Origin: Porphyridium purpureum
Taxonomy: Eukaryota
Length of the DNA: 64,000 bases
Direction of reading: 5' to 3'
Assembly: GCA_008690995.1 (NCBI GenBank)
Contig: VRMN01000010.1
Span: 248,001-312,000, forward strand
Shown here: piece by piece, positions 9,987 through 20,166 of the stretch
Position numbering within the stretch: the stretch's first letter is position 1
Layout: every line of letters starts with the position of its first letter
Made by a program: the position numbers and the translations under genes
The notes under the pieces: model-generated
The model's input: only the letters and a program-made list of their open reading frames with translations
The model's database searches: none
What the model was told of the DNA's origin: nothing

Positions 9987-12900
9987 ATGGCGGGACGGCA
10001 TGTGCCTGTACTGGCCGGCGGTGCCGCTGGTGTCTCTTCCGGCACTGGTGGCGCTGGTGGTGCTGGAGGCGCTGGAGATGGCAGCGGTGGCACGGGTGGC
10101 GATGGGATGCAGGATGGCAGAGCAATGCATGATGGTGCGTTGGATATTCAGGGTGCGCGTGAAGGTCAGGCGCACGCAGCTGCGTACCGCGCGATGTATG
10201 GAGTTCCGCCTCGATCGGGATCGGCCGGCGTTGGATATCGGCCGGCAAACGTGAGGAATCACCCGTACCAGCAGCACGTGCAGCTTCCGCTGCAGGTCGG
10301 CGCGCCACAGCAAGACATGCGCACGTATGCGCAGACACATACGCCGACACATACGCAGGTGCAGTCGCCGACGCAGCTTGTGGCGCATGGGTATGTCGCT
10401 CCAGCGGCTATGGTAGTGCCACCGCTGGTGCACGCGCCGCAAGAGATGAATGCCACGAGGGACGTGAACACATTAGGCCTATACCCAGATATTCATATTG
10501 CCGCAGGCCCGGCGCAGAGGCGGAAGGCCGACGCGCCGTCAGAGAAAACGTTCGCGCAGTCGCTGCGCAGAATAAGCCGCCTTGCTGCAAAGCAGCTGCA
10601 GCTGTGGCGCAAGTCTAGAAACGCACGCTTGCTTGCGTTGTACGCGACGCTTTTTGTTCTATTTCTGATGTATTGGCTCTTGCTCGAGGACCGTGACGCG
10701 ATGCGGCTCGAGCAAAACGAGGATCGCATTTTTTCCACCCACAAGGGCCAGCAGTGGTCGCACGCCGATGATTCGGGCCCCAACATGGCACGTGCCGTGC
10801 CGCCGGAAAAGGAAAAGGATTCATCTGACCTTGGCGACAGTCCAAGACGACGTGAAAGCGACGCAGTGGAGAGCAAGGCTTCGCTGGACCGCACTGATAA
10901 GCAAGAGACGATCCAAAGCGACAAGGGGGGTGCGGCTCTGCTCAATACAACCCCAGCATCGACTGGCTTGCGCGATGGTGCCATCATTTCAGGCGTGGAG
11001 CGATTCAATGCGCAGCGCTCGAGCACACTTCCCGCGGGCGTCTCGTTGGTGGCGGTGTGCATGAACCGCCACGAAACATTTGCGCGGGTGCTACCCACCT
11101 GGTTACTCGCACGCGGCGTGCACGAGGTGATCGTGGTGGACTGGAGCTCGGAACCACCGCTGGATGCCGAGCCGATTATTGAGGCCGAGGGCCTTTCGCC
11201 AAAGCACACCGCAAAGCTGCGGATAGTGCGCGCTGAGAATGAGGAGCGCTGGATCCTCTCGCGTGCATTCAACCTGGCCATGTCGCTGGTCAACTATGAG
11301 GAGGTTGTGCGGCTTGATTGCGACTACGAAATCTCGCGCGATTTCGTGAGCAAACATCCACTGGGCAACGAGCTTGACCGCCGTATCTTCTATGCAGGCA
11401 ACTGGCGGCACGCCAAGAACAGCAACGAAGTGCATTTGAATGGCGCGCTGGTCGTCAAGTATCACGATTTCTGGAAGGCAGGTGGGTATGATGAGCGCAT
11501 TCAAAGTTACGGCTGGGATGACGAAGATTTGTTCGGCCGCCTGGAAGACCGACTAAAGCTGAAGCGCGTCGACATTCTTTTCTCGGAACTTTCGCACATT
11601 CCCCACAAGGATATGTTGCGATCAGCGGCGCAACGAGGCGTCGAATTTGCACAGGTCGAGGTCGATTTGAACCGTCTGATTCTTGCCAAGCTTCCTCCAT
11701 GGAAACCGACTGACATCGAACGAACTGAGAGCCAGCGCGAGGACCAGAAGCATAGCAATTATGTAGTCACGAAGCTGAACTCGAACACAAGATCGCCCAG
11801 TGCACCATTCGAGAAGCTGACGGTTCAGAGCCAGTCGCAAGCGCGGAACCTGCAAGACTTGGTGGATGTGCAGACCAAAAATGAGCTCTGGCAGCTCGCA
11901 CTGGGGCGGCGTCTGCACGACTCGTACCAGTTGCCCTGGGACATCATGCTAAGTATGTCCGCGCACAATCGCGAAAAGCTGATTCGGAAAATTCGCGAGC
12001 TCACACTCGACGATGGCGTAAACACAAAGAACCAGCCGCCAGCCATGCTCTTCTTCCACGCGGTTCATGGTCTGGGCTCACGCTTACTTGCGCTGGGCTC
12101 GGCCATGGCATTTTCACAGAAGAATGCCATGCAGCTCGTGGTCATCTGGGAACCAGATGACCACTTGGCAGCGACGCTGGACCAGCTGTTTGACGATTCA
12201 GACTTTGTGGTCTCGAACGGCTTCAAGACAGTATGGTCTGCCGTGGCGAATTCAGTGAACTGGGACTCGGCGTGGAAGTACGTGGCGCAGTACGTGTCTT
12301 ACGTGAGTATCGAGGACTGGAGGGCCTACTTTGACCGGCCGCCTTTGGAGGAAGGGTTAGGGGTTTCGGACCAGGAGAAGCGCCACATTTACTGGAAATC
12401 TGGAGGGTTGATATCACCGAGGAACGGGGTTTCGCGCGCAGAGATCGCAGCAGCGCTGGGTAAGCTCAAGCCTTCGGCAAGAGTGATCGAAGCGCTTCAC
12501 AGCCGTGCGCAAGGACTGTCGGCGTTGCCCTTGTTCGGCATCCACGCGCGCTCGTTAACCAGTGAGCACGAAAAGCTTCCGATCGATTATCCCAAGTCGT
12601 TCGGCAAGAAGATTCTCGCCTCTATAGACGCGGCGCGCGAGCGAGTGACGGCGCTAGGCATGACGCACGCGATTTTGCCAGTACTACGTGGACCGAGCGA
12701 TATTGTATATGTCACATCGGACTCACCAGAAGTCGCCGCACACATTTGCACTCAGCTCGGTGTGCAGGCCTTGTGTTCGCCGTCCAAGGCGAGTTCAGGC
12801 AACCGTTCTCTCCCGGCAATTGTTGACGCGCTTGCAGACTTGTATATGTTGTCATCCGCGCAGCACGTCTTTGGGAGCCCCAACAGCTCCTTCTCGCTTG

Positions 12901-13019
12901 CGCCGGGATACATGAACCCCAATTGCCGCATTGATATTGTCTCTGGGCTGGACGCTGCTAGTATCACCTCTCCAAGTCTCAAGGGCAACAGCGCCCCTGG
13001 GGCTCCTCCAAGTCGGTAA
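9987..13019 (+). CDS. Type II membrane bifunctional glycosyltransferase: GT-A (GT7/GT2-like) domain plus C-terminal fucosyltransferase-like domain
   Basis: Single TM LLALYATLFVLFLMYWLLL followed by a stem. GT-A motifs VSLVAVCMNR, VVDWSS, RAFNLA, LDCD (DxD), GGYDERIQSYGWDDEDL. C-terminal motifs HGLGSRL, GIHAR, YVTSD, ALADLYMLS..VFGS..SSFS. Confidence 0.8.
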   Translation: MAGRHVPVLAGGAAGVSSGTGGAGGAGGAGDGSGGTGGDGMQDGRAMHDGALDIQGAREGQAHAAAYRAMYGVPPRSGSAGVGYRPANVRNHPYQQHVQLPLQVGAPQQDMRTYAQTHTPTHTQVQSPTQLVAHGYVAPAAMVVPPLVHAPQEMNATRDVNTLGLYPDIHIAAGPAQRRKADAPSEKTFAQSLRRISRLAAKQLQLWRKSRNARLLALYATLFVLFLMYWLLLEDRDAMRLEQNEDRIFSTHKGQQWSHADDSGPNMARAVPPEKEKDSSDLGDSPRRRESDAVESKASLDRTDKQETIQSDKGGAALLNTTPASTGLRDGAIISGVERFNAQRSSTLPAGVSLVAVCMNRHETFARVLPTWLLARGVHEVIVVDWSSEPPLDAEPIIEAEGLSPKHTAKLRIVRAENEERWILSRAFNLAMSLVNYEEVVRLDCDYEISRDFVSKHPLGNELDRRIFYAGNWRHAKNSNEVHLNGALVVKYHDFWKAGGYDERIQSYGWDDEDLFGRLEDRLKLKRVDILFSELSHIPHKDMLRSAAQRGVEFAQVEVDLNRLILAKLPPWKPTDIERTESQREDQKHSNYVVTKLNSNTRSPSAPFEKLTVQSQSQARNLQDLVDVQTKNELWQLALGRRLHDSYQLPWDIMLSMSAHNREKLIRKIRELTLDDGVNTKNQPPAMLFFHAVHGLGSRLLALGSAMAFSQKNAMQLVVIWEPDDHLAATLDQLFDDSDFVVSNGFKTVWSAVANSVNWDSAWKYVAQYVSYVSIEDWRAYFDRPPLEEGLGVSDQEKRHIYWKSGGLISPRNGVSRAEIAAALGKLKPSARVIEALHSRAQGLSALPLFGIHARSLTSEHEKLPIDYPKSFGKKILASIDAARERVTALGMTHAILPVLRGPSDIVYVTSDSPEVAAHICTQLGVQALCSPSKASSGNRSLPAIVDALADLYMLSSAQHVFGSPNSSFSLAPGYMNPNCRIDIVSGLDAASITSPSLKGNSAPGAPPSR

Positions 13020-13642
13020 GCGAGACATGTTGCAAGAAAAAAAAAACACATGACGCGCTCGGGGACAAGACAGGCTCGTTTCCTTCCTACCGACCGCTCT
13101 CGAAGCTGACAGCCCTGTTCTACAATCAGGCTTTGCGCAACTGCGACCCCACCCTTCTCGTCGCAGCGTCACTTGACCATCTAACGGCGCCCACAAAATG
13201 CAGTGGAGGCCGCCGCATTCGCTACGACGAGTGGCAAGCGGTCTCACGCTCGTCCGTCGCAGAGTGCCATTGCCGTGCTCGTGTCACACGTGTCACACTG
13301 GGTCACACTGGGTCCATGTCAGACACAAACCATGCACCTCACTAGTGAAGCATGCACAAGGGCGCCAAGTACCTGGACATCGCGACCGACCACGACGCCA
13401 TCAGCCGGTCGACCGATGTAACCTAGCTTGCCAACAATCTGCTCCTAAATAAGTGATCTCCACGTCGTTTAGAACGTGCTCGACCCTCCACTTGGAGGAT
13501 GGCCGGCCGGACATTCCGACCTTTGCGCGCTCACGCGCGCTCGACCTTGGGACTCCAGCGATAAACCCGCCAGGACAATCCCGTGCGAGATGCGCACCAA
13601 GGTCACACGTCCGCGGCGCCCGCGTGAGCTAAAAATACATTC

Positions 13643-16432
13643 ATGTCCACGCACCGTTGTCGAGGGGAAATGGAATGGATGGAGGAAGGAGGTCAGAGTC
13701 GGAGTGGGATGGCTGAACTGGAATCCAACTCACCGTCGCATCCGCAGCAGATATCTTCTGTGATGAGCGATCATGAAGCGGCATTTGATCAGACAAGTGC
13801 TGATGCGACTGGAAACGGCGGTCTGGTGCAGCACACAGGTATGGGTTCGGCTGAGCATGTGCTTCATCAGGAAGAGCATCCCCAGCAGTGGCGGGAGCGG
13901 GAGCACAGTCATCCGCTGAATGAGTATCAGCAGCTGCGGAACTGGCAACACCAAGAAGAGCTTGTGGCAACCCATGCAGGTGGACGGCAACCTGGTGGGC
14001 CGCATCAGACAAATGCTGGAATCGCTCCTTTTCAGCTTCATCACCACCCGAATCGCGCAAGAAGTCATGCTAATGGTCCTGCGTACCTGCGCGAACATGA
14101 TTTGGTCGACGGAGACCTGGTTCAGTACACGCTGGCCATCGTGAAAGAGGCAGGCAAGACCCGGTGGTTTACGTTCCTGGGTATTCTCCTTGCCATTGTG
14201 TACGCTGCGTGGCTCACGGCGTCGGACGAGCGACTGATTCATCCTGCGCTCGATCGTTCAGTGCAAGTACTCGACCACGCCCACGACGGAACGCGACCTA
14301 TCGACGCGTCGCTGACGATGAACATGGACTCCTTTGGCGCTGACGGCGAACTGGGTGGGCTTGGTGAGGCTGGGAGCACTGAGTTTCCAGTGGATGCGGT
14401 CAAGATGGCGGGCGCACAGTGCAAAATGGCATTGCCTGGCCTGACACTTATCTTGCCGTACAGGAATCAGCCCGGGGCGATAGAAGAAAATCTGGAAAAG
14501 TGGATGGCCGTCAAGGACGTTTACCGCGTGATACTCATAGATTGGAGTTCGGAGCCTCCACTTGAAGAGCATCCGCTGCTGCAAGGCAGCACCAATGCGG
14601 CAATTGATCTTGGCCGTTTACTGATTCTGCGCGTGCAAGACGAAATTGAATTTGCCTACTCACGTGCTTACAACCTTGGCGTGCTTTTTACCTGTACGGA
14701 GTACATGATGATGGCAAACCTGCGGCATGTCGTGGACGAAGGTATTATTCGTACACTGGCACCGAGCGTGTTTGACTCGGCGCACCCGCGTACGGTGGCA
14801 CTCCACCCGCGCGATATTTATATGACACCGCACATGATGATGAGTGCAAGTTACCCTCCCGCGCGCGACTTTCTCGCTTCCATTTACATTCTGCGCGTCA
14901 CCCTCTTTCTCGACACGGGCGGTTTCAACGAGCATTTCTACCGGCATATATGGGCAGACGCTGATTTTCGGCGCCGAATTGGTATTGAGCTCAACGTTGA
15001 GCAGACTGTACTGGCGTCTTCGGATGTCAATATTGTGTACGACCAGGCATGGATCACAAGACACTTGTACTTTGAGGCATCCTTCGACCAGCACTGGCGC
15101 TCGCACTATGGAGACTCGCTGTTCTTGGTGCCGGAAGATGGAATTCGTTCGCCAGACTATTCAGTGCTTGCTTTGACGCATCGTGGCGAGCCACAATCAC
15201 GCACGCCTATGCTCACGCTCAAAGCGAATTCTCGTGCTCGAAACTTTAGGGCCAGTCTCGAGGAAGAGAACCCCGAGTATTTAGGATATCGTGACATGAA
15301 GCTCCTGCAAGCTCTTGCAACAAGCTACATGTTGCCGCGCGAACTTTTGGCCGAAGTCAGTTTGGTGGCAAATCTTGAATGGCTTTTGATGCGCGCCTAC
15401 AGCTTGCATACAACAGACGTGCGTGACTTGGAGCCGAACACCATCAGGATTCTGGTGGTCTTACCGACTTCGTCTTCCTTGTCCTCGCCAAGGGCGGCGA
15501 GGAGCCGGACGACTAATCTGGGTTCGTACCTGCTCAGTTTGGCACAGGCGTTTGCATATGCCAAGGAGCACGGCATGCTGCCTGTGTTTTTGTGGACCAC
15601 GGGCGCTGAGTCGCCAGCCGGCTCAACCGTGGCGCGGCATTTTCAGGAGCTCTTTGAGTTTGATGGCTCCCTTGTGCAGCACGAGCGAGTTATGGCCATG
15701 CAACTCGGAAAGACGAATAAGACGGCGCACTTGCTCAAATCAATCACCAACTCAATGGCGACAGGGAGAAAAGCACTCAAAGAGTTGAGCGTGTTTCACG
15801 ACTTGCCTGAATCTCCGCCGGAGGGACTCGGCTTTGTCTGGATGAATGACCAGCCGGGCGTGCTCGAGCGCTCCGTGTCTGCGCGCGCCGTGCGCGATGC
15901 ACTTATGGACTTGGTTCCTGTGGCTCGCATTCAGGACAAACTGGTCGAGCGCTTTGGCTCGGACGCTGACCTATCCATGAAGTACGCGTTTTATGTGGAG
16001 TGTTTACCGGCCGACGACGATTGCGTACGTACCCTGCGTAACCAAGCTGATGCGATAGCCGCGTTCGTCGAGGCGAACGTCGAGGCGGAGGAAAAGGCGT
16101 ACTTTGCAGGCCATGCATCAGGAAGTGGCGCCTTTGGTGCTGCGTTGTGCAGCAAATGGGGTGCTCGAGGCGTTTGCTTCGCGAACGACGACGCAAAGTG
16201 TCATGAAGTTCTCCAGTCTCGTCCAAAAGCGAACGCGAATGACGCGATGGCTGCGGAATGTAATGACATTGAACTCGTCAATCTTCTCTCACTAGCGCGA
16301 GCAGATACCGTGATTGGGTCGGCAAACAGCAGCTACTTGCTCGCGGCGCAGTTACTCAGTGTCGGTTTCATGGACGAAGTCGAATATCCCAGAAAGCCAT
16401 TGAGGACCGCCAATACCATGCCTGCATCTTAG
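13643..16432 (+). CDS. Divergent tandem paralog of the upstream bifunctional glycosyltransferase
   Basis: TM FTFLGILLAIVYAAWL; LTLILPYRN, LIDWSSEPPL, SRAYNLG, GGFNE...WADADF; C-terminal NLGSYL and LVNLLSLARADTVIGSANSSY. Start may be 13643 or 13670. Confidence 0.75.
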   Translation: MSTHRCRGEMEWMEEGGQSRSGMAELESNSPSHPQQISSVMSDHEAAFDQTSADATGNGGLVQHTGMGSAEHVLHQEEHPQQWREREHSHPLNEYQQLRNWQHQEELVATHAGGRQPGGPHQTNAGIAPFQLHHHPNRARSHANGPAYLREHDLVDGDLVQYTLAIVKEAGKTRWFTFLGILLAIVYAAWLTASDERLIHPALDRSVQVLDHAHDGTRPIDASLTMNMDSFGADGELGGLGEAGSTEFPVDAVKMAGAQCKMALPGLTLILPYRNQPGAIEENLEKWMAVKDVYRVILIDWSSEPPLEEHPLLQGSTNAAIDLGRLLILRVQDEIEFAYSRAYNLGVLFTCTEYMMMANLRHVVDEGIIRTLAPSVFDSAHPRTVALHPRDIYMTPHMMMSASYPPARDFLASIYILRVTLFLDTGGFNEHFYRHIWADADFRRRIGIELNVEQTVLASSDVNIVYDQAWITRHLYFEASFDQHWRSHYGDSLFLVPEDGIRSPDYSVLALTHRGEPQSRTPMLTLKANSRARNFRASLEEENPEYLGYRDMKLLQALATSYMLPRELLAEVSLVANLEWLLMRAYSLHTTDVRDLEPNTIRILVVLPTSSSLSSPRAARSRTTNLGSYLLSLAQAFAYAKEHGMLPVFLWTTGAESPAGSTVARHFQELFEFDGSLVQHERVMAMQLGKTNKTAHLLKSITNSMATGRKALKELSVFHDLPESPPEGLGFVWMNDQPGVLERSVSARAVRDALMDLVPVARIQDKLVERFGSDADLSMKYAFYVECLPADDDCVRTLRNQADAIAAFVEANVEAEEKAYFAGHASGSGAFGAALCSKWGARGVCFANDDAKCHEVLQSRPKANANDAMAAECNDIELVNLLSLARADTVIGSANSSYLLAAQLLSVGFMDEVEYPRKPLRTANTMPAS

Positions 16433-16561
16433 GAAATAGAGAAAGGACAGTAGATTTCACTGGCGTCTGACTTTGCCGTGACGCAGCAGCCAGTTGTATA
16501 AAGGAAGAGAGAAAGAGTGGAGCGGAGGAGGTGAAGAAGGACAACGCCGTGTCTGAAGTCC

Positions 16562-18079
16562 TTAGTCTTTATTCAAGCGGCACTTGGCCACATTTTGTTC
16601 AATCGTACGCAAGGTCGCGGTCACTTTATCCATGGCGGCTGCAATCATGACTCCCTCCCGGGATTCGGCATACGGCGAACTCGAACGGCACAAAGCGAGC
16701 GAGCTACTCGCAAGATGTGCGTAGATTTGTTCTGCTTGCGTATCGACGAACGCTAAATAGACGGCGTCGTCGAGCGCGCCTTGTGCTTGTCTTGACGCAA
16801 AGCGTCGCCGGCAGGGCCCGCACGAAAGCTCAAGTGACGTGCACAACGATCCTTTGCCAGTGACTCCGTGACTCATCGTGCACACACTGAATCGATGCAG
16901 ACTGGTGAGAATTGCCAAGGCGCGCGAAAGCCCAGACACGAGCGTCTCACACTCGCTAATCAAGTCTGAACATGCCGCAAATCTTGGCTCGCACTGCTGC
17001 ACCATTGCAGCAACTTTTGCTGCACCACGCTCGGCGCGATCCAATACAAGCTTGAGCGAGGATTCGTAGTTCTGTTGCACGGTGTCTGCCCCGCTTTGTG
17101 GAACAGATGCCCCATTCTCACGACTGGGCGGAGCCTGTGGGACCACATTCAGCGGTTCGTCGGTGTTTATACCACCGCAAACAACGCAAACTCCCGTCTG
17201 GGCGTGCGGCGCACGCATCAAAGGCGCATTGCATGCCGCGCATTGCTGCGCAAGCATGGTCCATCCCTGCAGAAGCTTTCCTCCGATGGCGCTTGTATCG
17301 AGCGACCGTGTCGATGCGGCAGGTTGCGAGGATCGATTGGACGAGCGCTGTGCTGTGTAATGTGAAGGACGGGCGTGCTCTTGTCGAACCTGAGGATGCG
17401 GAAGCTCCGTACTTGTCGTCCCATTTCCATGTTGTGCGGTCGTCCGCGTCAAAGCGGCCGGTGGAGATGAGACAAAGCCACAAACCACACACTGCGCAAA
17501 AAGCTCACCGGGAGCCCGCATCAGCGGCGCGCCTGCGCAATCTTCCGCGTCGCATTCGTCCGCAAGCATCGTCCACCCCATCAAAAGCCTTTCAGCCAAT
17601 ATCTCTGACGGGCGCGGAAGCCGGGACGCTGCTGCGCTGGCCCGCTGAACATCCTCCTGTCTATCGTGCAGCGGCTGCTCCACGCCCGCGCTCGGACTTG
17701 CCACGTTGTGCGCATCGCCATTCTCCACAGTACGCACGGGCGCCGCGCGTTGCTGCTGCTGCGGCGCCCGCCGCGCCGCGAGCTCGCCGCGACTCTGCGC
17801 GTCACAATTCACGCACAACACCACTGTCTCATTTGGCGGCGGCGCGCGCATCAGCGGCAGCAAGCATCCCGGCGACCGGCAAATCGCGCTCTCCATTTGC
17901 CACCCTTGCAACAACATCTCGCCCATCCTCTGCACGCCCTGCTCCCTCGCCACCCCATTCTCTGGTCCACCCGCACCCTCCCTTCCACCAACCCCTGAGC
18001 CACCACCTGGAACACCACCGGAATCGCCGCCTGGACCACCGCGTGCACCACCTCTACCCTCTCTCTCCACCGCCATCAT
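16562..18079 (-). CDS. SSSCA1/ZNRD2 (Auto_anti-p27)-like protein with three zinc-ribbon repeats
   Basis: Three repeats of LL.GW.M....C..C..PLMR......CV.C (LLQGWQMESAIC, LLMGWTMLADEC, LLQGWTMLAQQC). Confidence 0.8.
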   Translation of the reverse strand: MMAVEREGRGGARGGPGGDSGGVPGGGSGVGGREGAGGPENGVAREQGVQRMGEMLLQGWQMESAICRSPGCLLPLMRAPPPNETVVLCVNCDAQSRGELAARRAPQQQQRAAPVRTVENGDAHNVASPSAGVEQPLHDRQEDVQRASAAASRLPRPSEILAERLLMGWTMLADECDAEDCAGAPLMRAPGELFAQCVVCGFVSSPPAALTRTTAQHGNGTTSTELPHPQVRQEHARPSHYTAQRSSNRSSQPAASTRSLDTSAIGGKLLQGWTMLAQQCAACNAPLMRAPHAQTGVCVVCGGINTDEPLNVVPQAPPSRENGASVPQSGADTVQQNYESSLKLVLDRAERGAAKVAAMVQQCEPRFAACSDLISECETLVSGLSRALAILTSLHRFSVCTMSHGVTGKGSLCTSLELSCGPCRRRFASRQAQGALDDAVYLAFVDTQAEQIYAHLASSSLALCRSSSPYAESREGVMIAAAMDKVTATLRTIEQNVAKCRLNKD

Positions 18080-18695
18080 CACCGCGTCTCTCCCCTTCTC
18101 CCTCTCTCTCCCCCTCTGCCTCTCCCCCTTCTCTCTCCCCTTCCCCCGCTCGTCTTTGTCCTCAACCTCTAACTGTACTTTATTAAGATCAATTCGTCTT
18201 ATCTTAACCCTTATTTTACAGGTACGATTAACATTGCCATCGACATTCGTTTGCAATCCTGAATTTGTATATCCAAACTATGATCCTTTTGATATAGAGA
18301 TGTAATGCGCGTCAGAGCGATGCGACACAGAAGTACAGTAAATCACTGTACAGTGCTAGGCGGAGCCGATAAACCGTTTGTTTGTGTGGGGGAACTGGGC
18401 CATGGGCGGGGAGTGGAGTGGAGAGGGAGAGGGTGGTGGACGACGACGGAGACGCGGGGTGCGTGTGTGATTGTGTGGTTGTGTCGTTGTTCGATTGCGT
18501 GATTGCGTGAGTCGCGTGGTCACTGAACAAAGTTGACGATCGACAAGTTCTGGGCTGATCGCGAGCGGCGCGTTTTGTCTTGTTCGTAGTGGTGGTGTTG
18601 GCGTTGTTTCGTGGGGTAGGAAGGAAGAAGAGCTGATTGGGGCGCGTGTGTCGGCCGTGTGCGAGGAGCTGCGTGTATAGCAACACGGAGCTGCG

Positions 18696-18938
18696 ATGGA
18701 TTTTTCTTCGTCCGAACTGCAGAATGAGGTGAACACCACCGTGATGGCAACTGTGTTCGAGCTGCTGCGGACGTCGATCACAGGAAAGTGCTTCGACGTC
18801 TGCGTCACGCGCCCGTCCTCAAGCTTGTCGGGATCTGAGCAGCAGTGTCTCGCAAAGTGCGCCGATCGGTATATTGAAGCCCTCCAAGTGGTCGCCAAGG
18901 CTGCGGTCGAGTATGACAACGGCTCAGGACTCCAGTGA
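18696..18938 (+). CDS. TIM13: Mitochondrial small Tim chaperone (Tim13-like)
   Basis: 80 aa with twin CX3C: KCFDVCV..PSSSLSGSEQQCLAKCADRY. Confidence 0.85.
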   Translation: MDFSSSELQNEVNTTVMATVFELLRTSITGKCFDVCVTRPSSSLSGSEQQCLAKCADRYIEALQVVAKAAVEYDNGSGLQ

Positions 18939-19011
18939 GGTCCCGCGCGATGATGCGCAGGGTCGAGTTCAAGGGGTCACATCAGGACGGGCGCGGGTGG
19001 GATATGCGATT

Positions 19012-20166
19012 TCACAGGCCAGGGAGCGGCGGGACCTGATCGTGAATCCAAGCGGCGATGTCCTGTATGCAATCGCCGTGTGATGGCTCTCCGTCTGAAG
19101 CGACGAGGAGGTGTGCGAGCTCGGCACCGGAAAATGGCGCCCCGGTCCACGCGTTGCTTATAGCTTGCGCAAGCTCCTCTCGTGTTTCTTCTCGATGCGT
19201 CCAACATCTCACCGAAATTTGCTCTACGCGCTCCACGACCGTCGCGCCGCGCCCAATCATGAGATCCAGGCTCAGCTCTCCCCATGCGAACGACGCGTGC
19301 AAGGGTACCGAAAAGGGCAGTGTGGCGCCGACGATCCAATCGGGAGATGCCAGTGTGGCAGCCTCGTCCGCAATAAACGTAGCTTCTTGTTTTGGCAATG
19401 CATCTAGTGCGATCTCCTCAACGGAGAGGTCTGATGTTTCGCCGTGCACGCGCCAGAACTCTTGCGCGAGCGCTTCGATCACCAGCTGGTGCGTCACGTC
19501 CGGCACAAAGTCGCTCAAATTGGCCACCACCGAGCGCACCGAGTCTGTGGCGCGCGCCTTTACCTTACTCCACGGAGAAGATAAGGTGCGCCACAGCTGC
19601 GCGAGGTCGGAACGCACGAGCAGCGTCCCGTGGTGGTACGACATGTCCCCAGTGATGCGCTGCGCGCATCCCGATGCCTTGCGGCCGTCGAGCAGAATAT
19701 CGCCGCGCGGATTTGCGGAGGCAGGCACCCCGAACGCAGTAACCAACGCGCGCGCCACAATCTGCGCATTGAGGGAGCGGTCGAGGTCCTCCCGGCTCTG
19801 GACAAAGCAGTAGTTCAAATTTCCGAGATCATGAAACACGGCGCCTCCTCCGGATCGCCGTCGCAACAGCGGAATCCGCTGCCTGGCCAAAAACGCGAGA
19901 TCTGCCTCCTTGAACGGGTTCTGCATGCGCCCAATCACGACACACGGCGCATTCACGTACAGCAACAACCCGAACCGTGGCGCATGCGACTCTGCTCCAT
20001 TCTTGCCACCCTTGCCGGCGACCTGCTCTTGCGCCGCGACTCCAGCCGCCGCAGCCGCAGCCGCAGCCTTCCGCGACCAGCGACCGAGCAGCCATTCCTC
20101 CACTGCCAGGTTCCGGAACGGATCGGTGCTACCCCGCAATGTCGCCACGCGCGTGCCCATCGCCAT
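19012..20166 (-). CDS. lplA: Lipoate-protein ligase A / lipoyltransferase
   Basis: NLAVEEWL, VVIGR.QNP..E, RRRSGGGAVFHDLGN, RKASG.A, HHGTLL, ATDSVRS.V.NL. Confidence 0.93.
   Translation of the reverse strand: MAMGTRVATLRGSTDPFRNLAVEEWLLGRWSRKAAAAAAAAGVAAQEQVAGKGGKNGAESHAPRFGLLLYVNAPCVVIGRMQNPFKEADLAFLARQRIPLLRRRSGGGAVFHDLGNLNYCFVQSREDLDRSLNAQIVARALVTAFGVPASANPRGDILLDGRKASGCAQRITGDMSYHHGTLLVRSDLAQLWRTLSSPWSKVKARATDSVRSVVANLSDFVPDVTHQLVIEALAQEFWRVHGETSDLSVEEIALDALPKQEATFIADEAATLASPDWIVGATLPFSVPLHASFAWGELSLDLMIGRGATVVERVEQISVRCWTHREETREELAQAISNAWTGAPFSGAELAHLLVASDGEPSHGDCIQDIAAWIHDQVPPLPGL

Noticed and set aside
13281..13315. GTCACAC short tandem repeats between the two glycosyltransferase genes
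   Set aside because: Three to four short units, consistent with simple slippage; no supporting evidence of function.
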